This document shows positions 12,621-26,760 of a stretch of DNA of 64,000 nt, piece after piece (position 1 is the stretch's first letter; each line of letters begins with the position of its first letter). The translations under genes and the position numbers were made by a program. A model generated the notes under the pieces. It did no database searches. It had not been told where the DNA came from and was given only the letters and a program-made list of their open reading frames with translations. The stretch comes from Octopus vulgaris (taxonomy: Eukaryota): the NCBI GenBank assembly GCA_951406725.2, contig OX597815.1, forward strand, positions 136,834,001-136,898,000. Direction: 5' to 3'.

Positions 12621-14699
12621 AGATATAAATTTCTCAAAACATTACATTTTTCAACATAATATCTCCTTATATATGAATAGTCATATTCCAATGAACAATG
12701 CGCTAATAATGTATCCACGAAATACAAGTAAATGACAAGAGAACATGGATTTGCCTATTAGCTCATTGAAATGCAAAGTTATTGACTTAACTAGCGTAAT
12801 ACTTTCAAAATATACAGCTACGTACGAATACATACGCGTATATGCATGTATGTATGTTGCCTTTTGGTTTTAATCATTTGAACTCTTCCTCTAATTAAGG
12901 AGTTGGTTTTTAACGAAAATACAAAGCCCCATCTTCGAAAAGTAGGTATCCAAAACAAATTTACATATTAAACTTGAGAAATATCTTACATATTTTTACC
13001 ACTACTGCTACAGATTGTAATTGTAATGCGCAAATTGGTAGGTTCATTTGTTTTTCTGACAAACCTACCCTTTCCAGATTGCCACTTGGACATTTACTCA
13101 CAAAAGCAAGGGCACCGATTATTATTAGTACAAATGTGATTTTATGTCGAAGCAGTTGTCTTTGATTTTCGATGACATTTTCACATCAATAAGACAGGTG
13201 TCCTTAATGAAGGTATATAGTTTATATAGTTTTTAATGTCTGTCCCAAACAACAAGATCCGGCACGTTATGTTTTAACTTGACACGTGTTTTGATGAGAA
13301 TGCTCCAATAGTAGTCCTTGTGTTGATATTTGTGCAGTATTCAACAGCAGGTTATTCCCTATATTTATTCCAGAACATTTTTTTAATGAATGGTACAGCA
13401 TATTGTTTTTTGGGGGGGCTTTTTTGTTTGTTTGGGTTTTTTTAGACAACGTTGTGTCTTGATAACATTTTTGGGCATCGCACAAAGCCTATTATATCCT
13501 CCCCAGAAATATTGCATAAATTACATTTTCGGTTGCATCTTGGTGATCCATGAACTCTCTGCAATTATATGCACAACTGTGCAGTACTCAAACACGAACG
13601 CCTCAATGTTCATACTCAAACAAGACAAAATGCATAATGCAAGTATGCGTGTGTACGTGTGTGTGTGTGTGCCAGTGTGTGTATGTGTGTGCATACATTT
13701 TGTATGGATATGCATATACATATATGGGTGTATTCATGTTCATATTTATAAATTTGGACCACACAAGAGACGAAATTATGAATAACGCTAAGAGGAAGAT
13801 TCTAAAGGACTAGAAACAGAAGAGCAACAGATAGCGAAACAGGTTGAAGTGGGGACTACAGAGAATACGACCAGCTGCTTCAGCGGTAGGTGTGAAAAAG
13901 AAAAGAGAAAGAGAAAAAGTAAAAAAAGATTAACATGAGTCACATGTTAGTAGTAGGGGGAGAAATTGGTAGAGGGCAGAGAGAAAGAGAGAAAGTAGGC
14001 GACAGACAGGAGAAGCTAGCAATAGATATGTAGAGGGGGAAGAGTAGAAACAGAGTGAGAAAGAGAAAAGAAAAGCAGGGATAGGAAATAGACGTCGTAA
14101 GAATATATAAAAAGCTCTTACTGTAGATATAATAAATGCACAAACAAACGGGAAACAGACACAAAAGGTCCTCTTTCCTGATAACGCCGACTGAGTATTT
14201 GATCGCTAATATTCATCATTACCGGTCGCTAATATATATATCTATGCCTTTAACCAGTAAACAAATTAAGCATTGATGGAAAAGAGTTGATGGAAATACT
14301 CAATGAAATGAGTAAGAAAGTGAACTGATGATATATCTACAATAACGTGCCTTCTTGACAACAGTTTATCTTCTAGCTGATGCCCTCTGTTCTACTTTAT
14401 GTTAATTTATCCCATCGAATGCCAAATATAAATTGCTTCCCCAAGCACATGTAGGACATTTGGTAGCCATCGCCACGATACTGAATTCTATCAATATCTT
14501 TTCAGTTCAATAATTTTACTTATGTTACATGTCTCTTTCGGTTTCACAATAATTATGTATTATGTAATTTCCATTACGTAACTAATGAACGTTAATGAAC
14601 GAATCGTAAGTTGCTGTAAGTTATGAAAACTAATCGTAAGCTGGTGTATGTAATTATCTTATAGACAGTATTTCGTGTTTATAGGTATAAAGTTAGACT

Positions 14700-14990
14700 T
14701 CTTAAAGTCGCATGGGTCAGTGGTTAGAGGTTCTTAGTGCGATTGTGAGTTCTTGAGCAAGATAATTTATCTCGCGTTCCTAAAGTTCACTCAGCAGTAG
14801 AAATGAGCGGCAACGTCACTATTGTATGGTCTGACACTTTTTGTTGCACAACATAGGTGCCGTAGAGTGGGGAGACTAATATGCAGGGGTGACTACTAGT
14901 TTTCCACAAAGAACTTTGTCAGGGCTATACCTCGGAGGGGAACTTTCTAGGTGCAATCTCATAGTCATTCTTGACAGAAGGGGTGGTCTT
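14700..14990 (+). mobile_element. Old tRNA-derived SINE-like element
   Basis: A-box-like TGGGTCAGTGGTTAGAG and CORE-like TCTTGAGCAAG; heavily diverged. Confidence 0.45.
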
Positions 14991-14995
14991 AATTA

Positions 14996-15055
<60 letters not shown>

Positions 15056-15125
15056 CAGTACTTGGAGAAGAAGAAGAACGGAACGAAACGAACGAATCGA
15101 ATCGACGCGAGGACGCTGTCAAACA

Positions 15126-15898
15126 ATAGTGTAATAAATAAAATATATATATACATACAAACATATATGTACGTACCTACATCTACATGTACATATACAT
15201 GCATATATAAATATATATACGTGAGTACAGGACACCACAACTAGACGTAGAACTCAACGAGAAACGAAAACGGAAAAACAAGCATGGAACAAACCATTTT
15301 TTACAACAGAAAAACAGGGTACAAGACAAACTACACAAGGAAAGATCCCCTTCATCAGCTGTCTCTAGTTCAACTCTAGCGTGTTTCTAAGCCAGAGAAA
15401 GGCCTTTTCGTTTGTTTTCTTGTTTATTTTTATTTCTCGTATTGTATTTTCTTGTACATGTATTTTTATCTTGTAATTTATTTTGTATTTTTATTTGTAT
15501 CGTTTTTACGTCCTGTTTGTGTTACATTTTTTTTTTAATTTTTTTTTTTATTTCTTGTTTTTGCCCCTCTGCGAAATAATTTTATTTTAATTCTCTCGCA
15601 GGAAGAGCTAGTTTCGACGAGTCGTGTTCTGTCTTACCTTCGAAACACGCTAGAGTTGAACTAGAGACAGCTGATGAAGGGGATTTTTCCTTGTGTAGTT
15701 TGTCTTGTACTCTGTTTTTCTGTTGTAAAAAAATGGTTTGTTCCATGCTTGTTTTTCCGTTTTCGTTTCTCGTTGAGTTCTACGTCTAGTTGTGGTGTCC
15801 TGTACTCACGTATATATATTTATATATGCATGTATATGTACATGTAGATGTAGGTACGTACATATATGTTTGTATGTATGCATATATTTTATTTATTA

Positions 15899-15904
<6 letters not shown>
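15126..15904. repeat. Inverted repeat, arms 15126-15387 and 15642-15904 (PLE-terminus-like), inside (TA)n
   Basis: ~262-bp near-identical reverse-complement arms around a ~254-bp T-rich spacer; each arm carries GAAAC...CTGATGAAGGGGA. Confidence 0.93.
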
Positions 15905-15953
<49 letters not shown>

Positions 15954-16275
15954 AAACCGTCATTAAAGATGACTGAGGTGTTGTAAACACCTACATTGCT
16001 AGAAATAAAGGCTAAACACTAATGCTACAGCCAAATCACATAATTGTATACAGCAGTCGCGATATTCCCAAACTTATCGGTCAGTTTCGATTTTTGCCGT
16101 AACCTAACTCGGTTGACTCGGGACGATGATCACTCTCAGCATATATGTCTACGCCATAGAAATCTATGGATAATTTAGCGATTTGCTAATGTGTATATAA
16201 ATAATTTATTTCGGCAGTAGTAAGCAAATGTGTTGCAACAAGAACTATGACTGCCATGAAATATGACAGACAGTG

Positions 16276-16311
<36 letters not shown>

Positions 16312-16638
16312 TATACACACACGCACACATACACACACTCATACATACATACACACACTCCCTATATTTATGTATTTAACGTGTATTTACCGTCCACCAC
16401 ATTTGTCGTAAAACTGAAAATCCCAAACAAGAGATGTAATTGGAATCACAAACGTCTATTTATATATAACACCTGTATTCTAGAGCACAGTTTTTGATGC
16501 TGAAAGTTTAAGATTTTCGCCTTGAAGCCTACTGATTTATTGAAGGAGGTTCGATGGGATTTAGTTTACATGTTTATCATCCTTAAGTGCTAGGATTTCT
16601 AAGAATGTCACATGAAATAAATATTAACCTGAAGGAAA

Positions 16639-16680
16639 TTTATACAAAAATCTACTCATATGAGTAGATTTTTGTATAAA
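16639..16680. repeat. Perfect 42-bp palindrome
   Basis: tttatacaaaaatctactcat|atgagtagatttttgtataaa. Confidence 0.97.
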
Positions 16681-16991
16681 CCCCGTTGGGTTGTTGGGCC
16701 ACTTTTTATAAAGTAGTAAATTTTGTTTTGTCAAATTACGGAATTCTATATTTTGTTGCGCAGAGGTGAAGCTACTGCATATTAAATCAATAACTGTGCG
16801 TTTCAATGATTCTCAGTGTGGTGGCAGAAGCATCAAATTATGCGCTTGTTATAAATGGAGATTTCGCATACACAAAGGGATTAGCCTTTCACTGCTGTCA
16901 TGTGAAGTGTCCAGTGATGTATAGACATAACAGACATTGAGACATACATATACAAATAAACATATTTACACACACACACACACACACACAT

Positions 16992-17032
<41 letters not shown>

Positions 17033-17061
17033 CATACGTATATTCATACAAAGATACGTAC

Positions 17062-17094
<33 letters not shown>

Positions 17095-17973
17095 TATATA
17101 AATTCATACATACATACATAAAACTATACATATATGCACGTATGTATGTATATACTGCATGTATGTAAGTATGTATGTATGTATGCACGTATGTATGTAC
17201 AGAGAAATTGTACGGTGCCTACGAAACACTCACTAGGTACCCGCATTTCCGATGGTGATAGGAAGAAAAGATAGTTGTGTATTCGTCCATTGAGTCTATG
17301 TCAGCTGAAATTTGGTGTGAATGATTTTACAAGTTTATTGCAATACAAACAGCTCTCATACAGATTTCATTCAACGCGCATACAATGTATAGCTGTTCTA
17401 AAACATCTATTTTTATATTTTAACGATGCCAAAGCTTGATAGAATCTTACTTTTGAACGTTTTCTCGGGACTGCTGATGCAGCACGCGGTTGTATATTTC
17501 GAACTTTAAGGCAGTATTATCTACTTGAACTGCAATAATCCAAACAGTTTTCTTTGACTTCTGAGATTTAGTTGGATTAGGTGGATTAGGTGGCATGACG
17601 TATTTCACATCCGAAGCGATATATACTTTTTACTGTGTCTCCCAGAGCTGAGAAAGAGAAATTAATATATACGAGACTGTGATAATGCAGTATAGCAACA
17701 TGGAATAGCAGTTGAGGAAATTTGCGATTGTCATCCACAAGGATGACAATAAGTAAAGTAACTGCTAGCCTACCTAATGTGGGAAGTGACTGATATAGTC
17801 TACATAAGTTATACGGATATACCTATGATCCAAGCCGAAAGACCTACACATTAACACAGACACAAACTCACACTCACACACACAAACACACACACACATA
17901 TGTATGTAAGCGTGTGTGTGTGTATGAAACAGGTGACAAAGAAATAAAGGATTATCTTCTGAACTTCATTAAA

Positions 17974-18048
17974 TTAGAGCTGTTTCTGCTAAAAAGGCAG
18001 TGGACTCATAGTTGAGTGCTTGAATAAGCTTTTATAGCTTCACCTGAG
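17974..18048 (-). ncRNA. Degenerate hammerhead-like motif with long stem II
   Basis: CAGGTGA-agctataaaag...ctttttagca-GAAA-CAGCTC-TA; the core has two mismatches to CUGANGA. Confidence 0.3.
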
Positions 18049-18237
18049 CCAAACTGAACTACAGCAAAAACAGATGTAATCTAATGAAGTTAATGGAATA
18101 ATCATTTATTCCTTTGTCATTTCACTTCCTTATTACCGTTCTATACTCGGTATATTACACACGGACACATAGTAAATACACACACACACACATACACTAC
18201 ACACAAGCTCACAAACATAAACACACATATGTATATA

Positions 18238-18402
18238 TACGACGGGCTTCTTTCAGTTTCCGTCTTCCAAATCCACTCACAAGTGTGTGGTCGGCCCAAC
18301 GCTATAGTAGAAGACATGTGTCCAAGCTGCCATGCAGTGGGACTGAACCCGGAATCATGTGGCTGGTAAGCAAGCTACTTACCACACAGTCACTCCTGCG
18401 CC
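18238..18402 (-). mobile_element. tRNA-derived SINE family A
   Basis: Reverse complement of the family A head and CORE-like region (tacgacgggcttctttcagtttccgtc...ttaccacacagtcactcctgcgcct). Confidence 0.9.
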
Positions 18403-18710
18403 TACATATATATATATTTACCTATAACTAATTTAGAGACGAACCATCATTCCACAACTCAGTCAATGCAGAACCCGTCCGAAACTATGCTGTGAGACAT
18501 AATATACCATACAAAACACTAATCTAAAATTTTAATAATATATAATATTGAACTGTAAGCTCATTACAATCATAAAATATATAAGAGCAAATACTTTAAA
18601 AACATACAAAGAAACATTCATCATAAAAATATTAATCTAAAATCAAATAAAGTATAAATTGAACAATAAAAATTAATACAATAATATAATGTATAAAAGT
18701 AAGTACTTGT

Positions 18711-18837
18711 AAATTGATTACGTGCGTTTCGTGGCTGAATTAGGACTATATAAAATCATATAAGAAAACCATATCCATGTTCAGTAGAATGGGAAAATGA
18801 TTTTACTTCCAAAAGCAGTCACTCCTCAGGTCAATTT
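18711..18837 (-). ncRNA. Type I hammerhead ribozyme motif with ~80-nt stem II insertion
   Basis: Minus strand aaattgac-CTGAGGA-gtgactg...cagccac-GAAA-CGCACG-TA-atcaattt: intact core, 7-bp stem I (aaattga/tcaattt) and 6 of 7 pairs in stem II. Confidence 0.7.
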
Positions 18838-18874
18838 GTAAATTTTTATGAAAAGATAAAAATAATATATGCAT

Positions 18875-18907
<33 letters not shown>

Positions 18908-19331
18908 TATATGTATATGTATATTTACACACACACATATATACCTATATATACTAAGGAAATCAAATAGTTATTTTGGAACAATGAATTTATTAATTAG
19001 TCATTTAGAAGGGTTTCATTTATATCTTTACAACAAAAGTACAACTCTTCTAATAATTACACACAACAAGGTTTGCGAGTACAGTATATCACAGGTCAGA
19101 ATTTAAGCACAACATTACGAATCTTAGATTACATCAATTAAGTTCAAATTTAAAGTACGCTTGTGAGTGGTATGCGTACATGAGTATTTTCATGTTTAAC
19201 TACTCAATTAAAATATGCTGTAACTTAAATTACAGAAAATATGTCTACGCATGTTCTTATAACATTTTTATGAGCATAAAACAAGCAACAGCAAACAATA
19301 AAATGAGTTCCCTAGAAACTTCTCATACGAG

Positions 19332-19389
<58 letters not shown>

Positions 19390-19403
19390 TACATACATAC
19401 ATA

Positions 19404-19562
19404 CAACGGGAATCTTTCAGTTCTCGTCTGCCAAATCTACTCGCAAGGCTTTGGGCGTCCCGGGGCTGTAGCAGAAGGCGCTTGCTCGGTGTGCTACACA
19501 GTGGGACTGAAACCGAAGTCATGTGGTTGGTAACTACACTTCTTACCACACACTCACGCATG
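19404..19562 (-). mobile_element. tRNA-derived SINE family A (diverged)
   Basis: Homology to 18238-18402. Confidence 0.8.
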
Positions 19563-22288
19563 AGGCTATTAAGTAGAAAAAGATTTTCTTTATAGTTGAA
19601 TATGCATTAAACTGTTAGCATAAGAAATAACTGCACATGTGAGTAAAAGTCAATAAGTACGAGATGTAAAATATTAAATGAACCGTCTGAAAATAAAACA
19701 GGTGCTTTTCATTACGTCAACCATGAGTGATATTCAAAACAGGAACTAAACAAAATAAAGGAAGTAAAATGTCCAGTGTAATAGTAAATTCTAAAACAGA
19801 AACAATGAACAGACATATAACAAGCAGTTAAAACTTTCTAGAAAGAGAGTAAGAAAATACATACAAAGAATATCAACTGCAAAGAAAAAGAAACAATTAC
19901 ACATATTACACTGACACACAATAAAATCAAAAACCACATCCAACACACGCAGAATGCATTGCTCAGTACAACAAAGACAATAATAACCAAAAGTGATGAA
20001 GCATCACCTCAAAAGCGAAGTCTCAGAAGCAAAATATTAAAAACTCTCAAAATAAAAGTTGTCGATGGCAATAAGAACCAATGAATTGAATGCAAACCAA
20101 AAGGCCTTCATTGCTCACTTCCCGAATGAAATCTTACGATGTAAAAATCCATCGAACAACCTGCAAATATATCTAAATATTACACGATATAATCCTATAT
20201 GGAATTTAAATGTTTAAATTTCCCATCAAATATTGTCATAGGTTTCGTAAACTTTATGAAGAGGCATAGTTAATTACGCATAAATATTACATACACTTCA
20301 ATAGAAAAAATGTTAATGGAAGTACACTTATACCTAAATCTTCGCTGCTGATGTAGACTGTAAAGAGAAAAACGACATTTGCAGAGCGAACACGTAGAAT
20401 TGACCACTACCGTGTAACCAAGAATATCCTTATAAACCGCCTCTTAGCGTTATGTGCTTTTCTAAAATATGAGCTATACCTAAACGTATATCACCACATT
20501 TATGAAATTATGTGGGACACCGAAAATTGGAAAATCGATTGACAGCTAAATATATATACCATTCAAGATATAATATTCAGACACTAAGGAATGCACCTTG
20601 TCACTTCATTAGCCAAATATATTTAGTGTCGAAAGAATAATAATAAAACGAGCTGCCTAAAACACCAGGGTTAAATATTATGTTGAAATATCTGATTTCT
20701 GACCTCTTCGTGAAACCCGTATTTAGAAAACAATGTATAATCCATAATTACAAGCGGATCATAAAATTAAAACATGTTAAAGTACTTTTCTGAACATTGC
20801 CTCCGTACAGAGAAACGATATTTTACTGCCCAGGCAATGCAGCGTCATATTTACACCGCATGCTTTTCCTTGTCTCTTTTTGCGAGAGTAAAACATTAAG
20901 TCGAATTCCAACATCCTCTCTTTGTTTCCCAACCGAAGAAGCTTCTGTTTTGTTTTCCTTCACTAATTTCTTCGCAACCACCCGGTTAGCAAAAAATTGT
21001 ATCTCTACTGGATACATAACATATAGTTGTTAAATATATTTTCCTGAGAAGGTCTCAATTCACTCAGATAACATATTATATTCACATCTGTTTCTCTAAG
21101 CTGTTTCTTTACGAATACCATCGCCAGGACTCAGAATAACAATGGAACTCTCGTCGTTTTCAGAAACATTTCCAATTTATAACTCCGTGTATTGTTTGAA
21201 CGTTAAGTTATCTATCGATTTGTTGTAGATTTTGGAATGTAAACAAGAAAAATGCAGAAGTTTTACTTCACATACATCTAAGTATATACTTATATTCTTA
21301 GATTATCCTAAATATGACGTTGGTCTTCCGTTCGACTCCTTTCTTTCGATAACGCTGAAATACTTGTAGATCTTCCTTATTAACATTCTTCTTCTTCTTC
21401 TTCACTTTTCTATTTCGTCGCAATTTTCCTGAGACATGTAAAACATTCCGCCGGAAGTATTTGACATCTCTTACATGTATTAACATCTTACATGTATTAA
21501 AACCGGCTATTATTGAAATAAAGACGTTGGTTATTGACCCACGGAAACATATGGTATTTTGTATTTTTGTAGTTATAGGCTCCCCGCAAATATCGTCTAG
21601 ACGTAATAACTCTTATAAGCATACCCACATAGTATAACTTGGAAACAAGTACCATGTTTTGCTAATTATATTATGAAGCCTTGTAGGATAACTAGACACA
21701 AAGCTTATACCAAAGCTCCCACCCTTGACCCGACAACATGAAAGCTAGAGGAAGAGCGAACTGCGCAGACATGAATCAAGAGCAATGTGAAATTAAGTAA
21801 CCTACTCAAAAGCAAATCGCTCTGCTTAGTTTAGGAATCGAACCCACGAATTTATTGGTGTGGGAAAAGCACATTAATTTTTACGCATATGCATAAAGGG
21901 AAAAAAAAGAGCGAGTGATTGACAGCTATGTATATGGATATGTTTGGTTCTGTGGTTGTTTACAAGATTTTACTTGTACTTTTACTTCATATAAAAAAAA
22001 TTGTTTGGGTTATGTCTTGCCTCCCATGCGTTGAGGTTATGCTGACATTTTAATCCTCGAACATTGTCTGATGGATAATCTAATTAAACGTGCATTTTTT
22101 TTTTACTAAGAATACGAAATATTAGATGAGTGTAGCATACTGTCTGGGTCATTGAGTAAAAGTTCTTACACTTGGGGGAATGATTTCTCTTAGCGTAAAA
22201 TTATTCACATGCTTAAAAGCGATAAAAAGGGAAATATTATATATACATATATATAATCGCACATATATTTACATATATGTGTGTGAAA

Positions 22289-22347
<59 letters not shown>

Positions 22348-22413
22348 TGCAAGTATGTGTGTATGTATATATGCATGTATGTATGTATGTATGTATGTAT
22401 GTATGTATGTATG

Positions 22414-22448
<35 letters not shown>

Positions 22449-23042
22449 TTATGTATAAAACAGATCAGCAAAATAAAATAAGAAACAAAAACGAATTCCA
22501 GTGAGAAGGACATTACAATTTTTGTGTGTGTGTGTGTATAAAGAGGGGGAGAAAGAGAGAGAGAGAGATTAACAAACTCAGCTATATGCGATTTTCTCTT
22601 TGGTTATGTACTGACATAAGTATTGCGAACATGTGGTTTAAGGGATCTGGTTCGTATATATATATGTAGCCTTGGTTACATTGAGACAGCTCACTGTTAG
22701 TTTTATTGACACAGCTACCTAGTTATTGTGATGGTACAAAGTAGATATGATTGCTATATCGTTGGGGTTGTAATGATTCCCAAACTTACTCTCCTCTGAT
22801 CCATTCAACATTTTTTCCCATTGCTGTTGGACTGCTGAGTTGCAAATGCGTTCATACGCCAGCAGATAAAAACGGTTGATTACATTGACACCAGTGTTCA
22901 ACTTATACTTATTTTATCACCCCGAGGGGATGAAACGTGAAGTCGAATTCGGTGGAGCTTGAGAACCTAAAGAGCAGGGCGAATAACTGCTGAGGCGTAT
23001 TTTCTTATTGTTACTATGGTAAGCTACTTACCACAGAGTCAC

Positions 23043-23761
<719 letters not shown>

Positions 23762-23854
23762 GTAACTAATGTAGGATAAAACTTTTTCGGGAAAAAAATT
23801 TCATCAATGGCCAGCATATCAAAAAATACCTTTAAAGGTTAAATTTATAAGTAA

Positions 23855-24170
23855 TTTACAAGATAAGGGCAAAAGAAAAATTCTAATGCCAAATATGCCG
23901 AAACAAAAATTGTCAATAACCATTATAATTTATGTGTCGCGAAACAAACCGATAGAAATTTCTAAAAAATTCGTTATTACCGTATTGGTCCAATTTCGGA
24001 GTTAATTCGTAAGAATTTTCTCCACTTCAGCGACAAATACGCGAGATATAAGTGAAATACTCACTTATACCCACGGAAAAAGCACGCACTAAGTCCTGAG
24101 CAGACCTAAGTACCCCAAATATATCCAAAATAGAAAATCTTCGGCACATCTTTTGCCCTTATCTTGTAAA
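23855..24170. mobile_element. Short fold-back element with 22-bp inverted ends enclosing a hammerhead-like motif
   Basis: tttacaagataagggcaaaaga (23855-23876) / tcttttgcccttatcttgtaaa (24149-24170). Confidence 0.7.
23977..24036 (-). ncRNA. Type I hammerhead-like motif (A9>U variant)
   Basis: ttgtcg-CTGAAGT-GGAG aa AATTC ttac GAATT aa CTCC-GAAA-TTGG a CCAA-TA-cggtaa; all three stems can pair (stem I with two G.U wobbles). Confidence 0.6.
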
Positions 24171-24208
24171 CTATATATATATATGTATGTATACATATGT
24201 ATGTATAC

Positions 24209-24350
<142 letters not shown>

Positions 24351-24394
24351 GTATGTATGTCTATATAGACAGATCGATAAGTAGATAGATAGAC

Positions 24395-24436
<42 letters not shown>

Positions 24437-24587
24437 TTAGATGATATATTGAGTTAGAAGAATCTCTACTCAAGTTAATGTTATTGATGTCACATAATGT
24501 ATATTTTTCCTTAAACGATTTCAGGTTGTGTTATTTCGTCCAGGAAAAATCCCTTTAATATGCAGGGTGCTAAAACAAAAATCTGTA

Positions 24588-24755
24588 CACGTGCAAGTGT
24601 GGCTTTGTGATAAGAAGCCTACTTCTCAACCAAATTGTTTCGGGTTCATTCCCACTGATTGGCACCTTTGGTGCGTATCTTCTACTGTAGACTCGGGCCA
24701 ACTAAAGCCTTGTGAGTGGATTTGGTGAAGGAAACCTGGAAGAAGCCCATCGTAC

Positions 24756-24832
<77 letters not shown>

Positions 24833-25085
24833 TGTGTGTCTGTGTCTGTGTTTTTATGTGTATGTATTTGTGTGTTTGTGTTTGTGTTTTTCTCCTTCAC
24901 CGACGCTTAACAACAGGTATTGTTGTGTTTACGTCCTCGTAACCTAGATGTTCAGTAAAAGAGACCGATAGTACTAGGCTTACAAAAAATAAGTCCTGGG
25001 GTCGATAGTTTCGACTAAAAAGCCTTTAAGCTCTGCCCCAGCTTGGCTACAGCCAAATGAGTGAAACAACTAAAAGAATAAAAGA
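24588..25085 (+). mobile_element. tRNA-derived SINE family A, full length with internal microsatellite
   Basis: Head plus internal (TA)n(TG)n plus tail GCCCCAGCTTGGCTACAGCCAAATGAGTGAAAC...AAAAGAATAAAAGAAT. Confidence 0.85.
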
Positions 25086-25129
25086 ATGAAAATAATATGT
25101 CGAAACCAAGCTAGCTGAAAAGCCCTGTA

Positions 25130-25650
25130 GGTGAACGGGTTCGGCAAACATCGATATTCCGCTGCTATTCCGCAGTTATTCCTTTTTATCGGTATCGTAT
25201 ACTCGAATCACCCTCGAAACGAAATCAAATCGTTGGTCTGAGATATATGCGGAAAGCGTAAAATCTTCCTGTTGCACCTAACCGCATATACACTGTACCG
25301 ATGAGACAAAATAACAGCGAAATATCGATACCTTCCAACTCGTTCACATACAGAGTGATGTGTTTAGCCTAGTACAGTGTTTTTAAAACTCTACGTCTTA
25401 AAGGGACTTTCCAAGAGGAAAACGCGGCCTGAAGGCGTTTAAGTAAAAGACATACATTAAGGATGTGGCATCAATAATGTTGTTTCCACATATTTACCGA
25501 TGCTTACTAAGCGGAATCTTGCAGAATTCTGTTTGAATGATATGTTGCCTGTGGATTCTTGCACGTTGCCGAAGAGAATTGTTGGCTTCTGCCATATAAA
25601 CTTCCTTGCAATTGGGATAGGTTATACAGCATATATCTTCATTTACTTTG
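25130..25650 (-). mobile_element. PLE 3' remnant (GIY-YIG) with degenerate hammerhead-like inverted motifs
   Basis: ICCITYPNCKEVYMAEANNSLRQRARIHRQHI fits GIY-YIG (IY.I.C..C...YIGET...L..R...H). TACCGATGAG...GAAATATCGAT at 25297-25329 has an inverted relative at 25150-25194. Confidence 0.6.
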
Positions 25651-26277
25651 AAGGAGAATACTCTTTGAAGATTTATATACCCGTATACACACACATATAA
25701 ATATATACATAGATACATACATAAACATATACGTGCGAGTGTGTGTGTGTATGTGTGTGTGTGTGTGGGGGGGTGTTTGGTTGAGTCAATTTGTAAATAA
25801 ATCTAGAACTACAATATATTAGGAGTACTCTGTTCAAAATTATTTCCAAATAAAACCTAGTTACATAAAAGAAAGGAAAGCATATCCATACGAAATTGTA
25901 TAGGGAAAATTAAATGCATTTGTTTATACAGGGAATAATATTGTACAAAAATAGAGATACCACTATATAATTTGTAGAGGAAGAAGCAGATATGGATGTT
26001 TATTTAAATAAGGAGTGGTATTGGTTGGAGAATTATAGATAAATCAAAGTGAAAGAAAAGAGAGTGTAGGGTGAAAGAAAGAAAAACTACTTAGAAACGA
26101 AAACATAAAATGATGCAAGGGTAAAGATCAACGTTATGTACGCAATAAGAGTCAACCAAGTGTAAGTTAGTTGTAAAATCTATTAGCACCGGAAGTGAAT
26201 TTCTATCCTGCATTTTATTTTGAAAGCATGCATGCCTTAAACAGTAAGCCTGCAGGGGGAAAAAACTATTAATTATA

Positions 26278-26590
26278 GGAGCAAGCGTATCTGTGTTGTA
26301 AGCAGTTTGCTTCATTGCCCCATGGTTATGAGTCCCGTCCCACTACCTGATATATTAGGCAAGTGTCTTTTGCTATAGTCTTGGGCTGACCAGAGCCTTG
26401 TGGGTGGTTTTAGAAGACAGAAACAGAAAGCTCATTATGTGTGTGTGTGTGTGTTTATTTGTGTCACCACCACCACTTGACAACTGGTGTTGTATTTAAT
26501 CCTCGTAACTTAACGGTTTAGAAAAAGATTGACTAATTACCAGGCTTTTAAAAAATAAGTGCCAGGGTCGATACATTCGACTAAAATTTT
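26278..26590 (+). mobile_element. tRNA-derived SINE family A (old copy)
   Basis: Diverged head, AGGCAAGTGTCTT motif and partial tail. Confidence 0.7.
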
Positions 26591-26760
26591 TCACGCAAAC
26601 TGCTAAATAGAGATAACAATAAATACAACTATATAAAAGAACAAATAAAAGAAATATTATGAGAAGTAAAGATAAGGTAATTTTCCAGGAAATTGTTACA
26701 TGATAATTAATTAAATTATATATAAGAAATGGTAAAGTTTGATTGGTAAGCAAGCTACTA

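Noticed and set aside
20797-21240. Coding-like minus-strand stretch
   Set aside because: Interrupted by stops and not assignable to a family; probably decayed TE.
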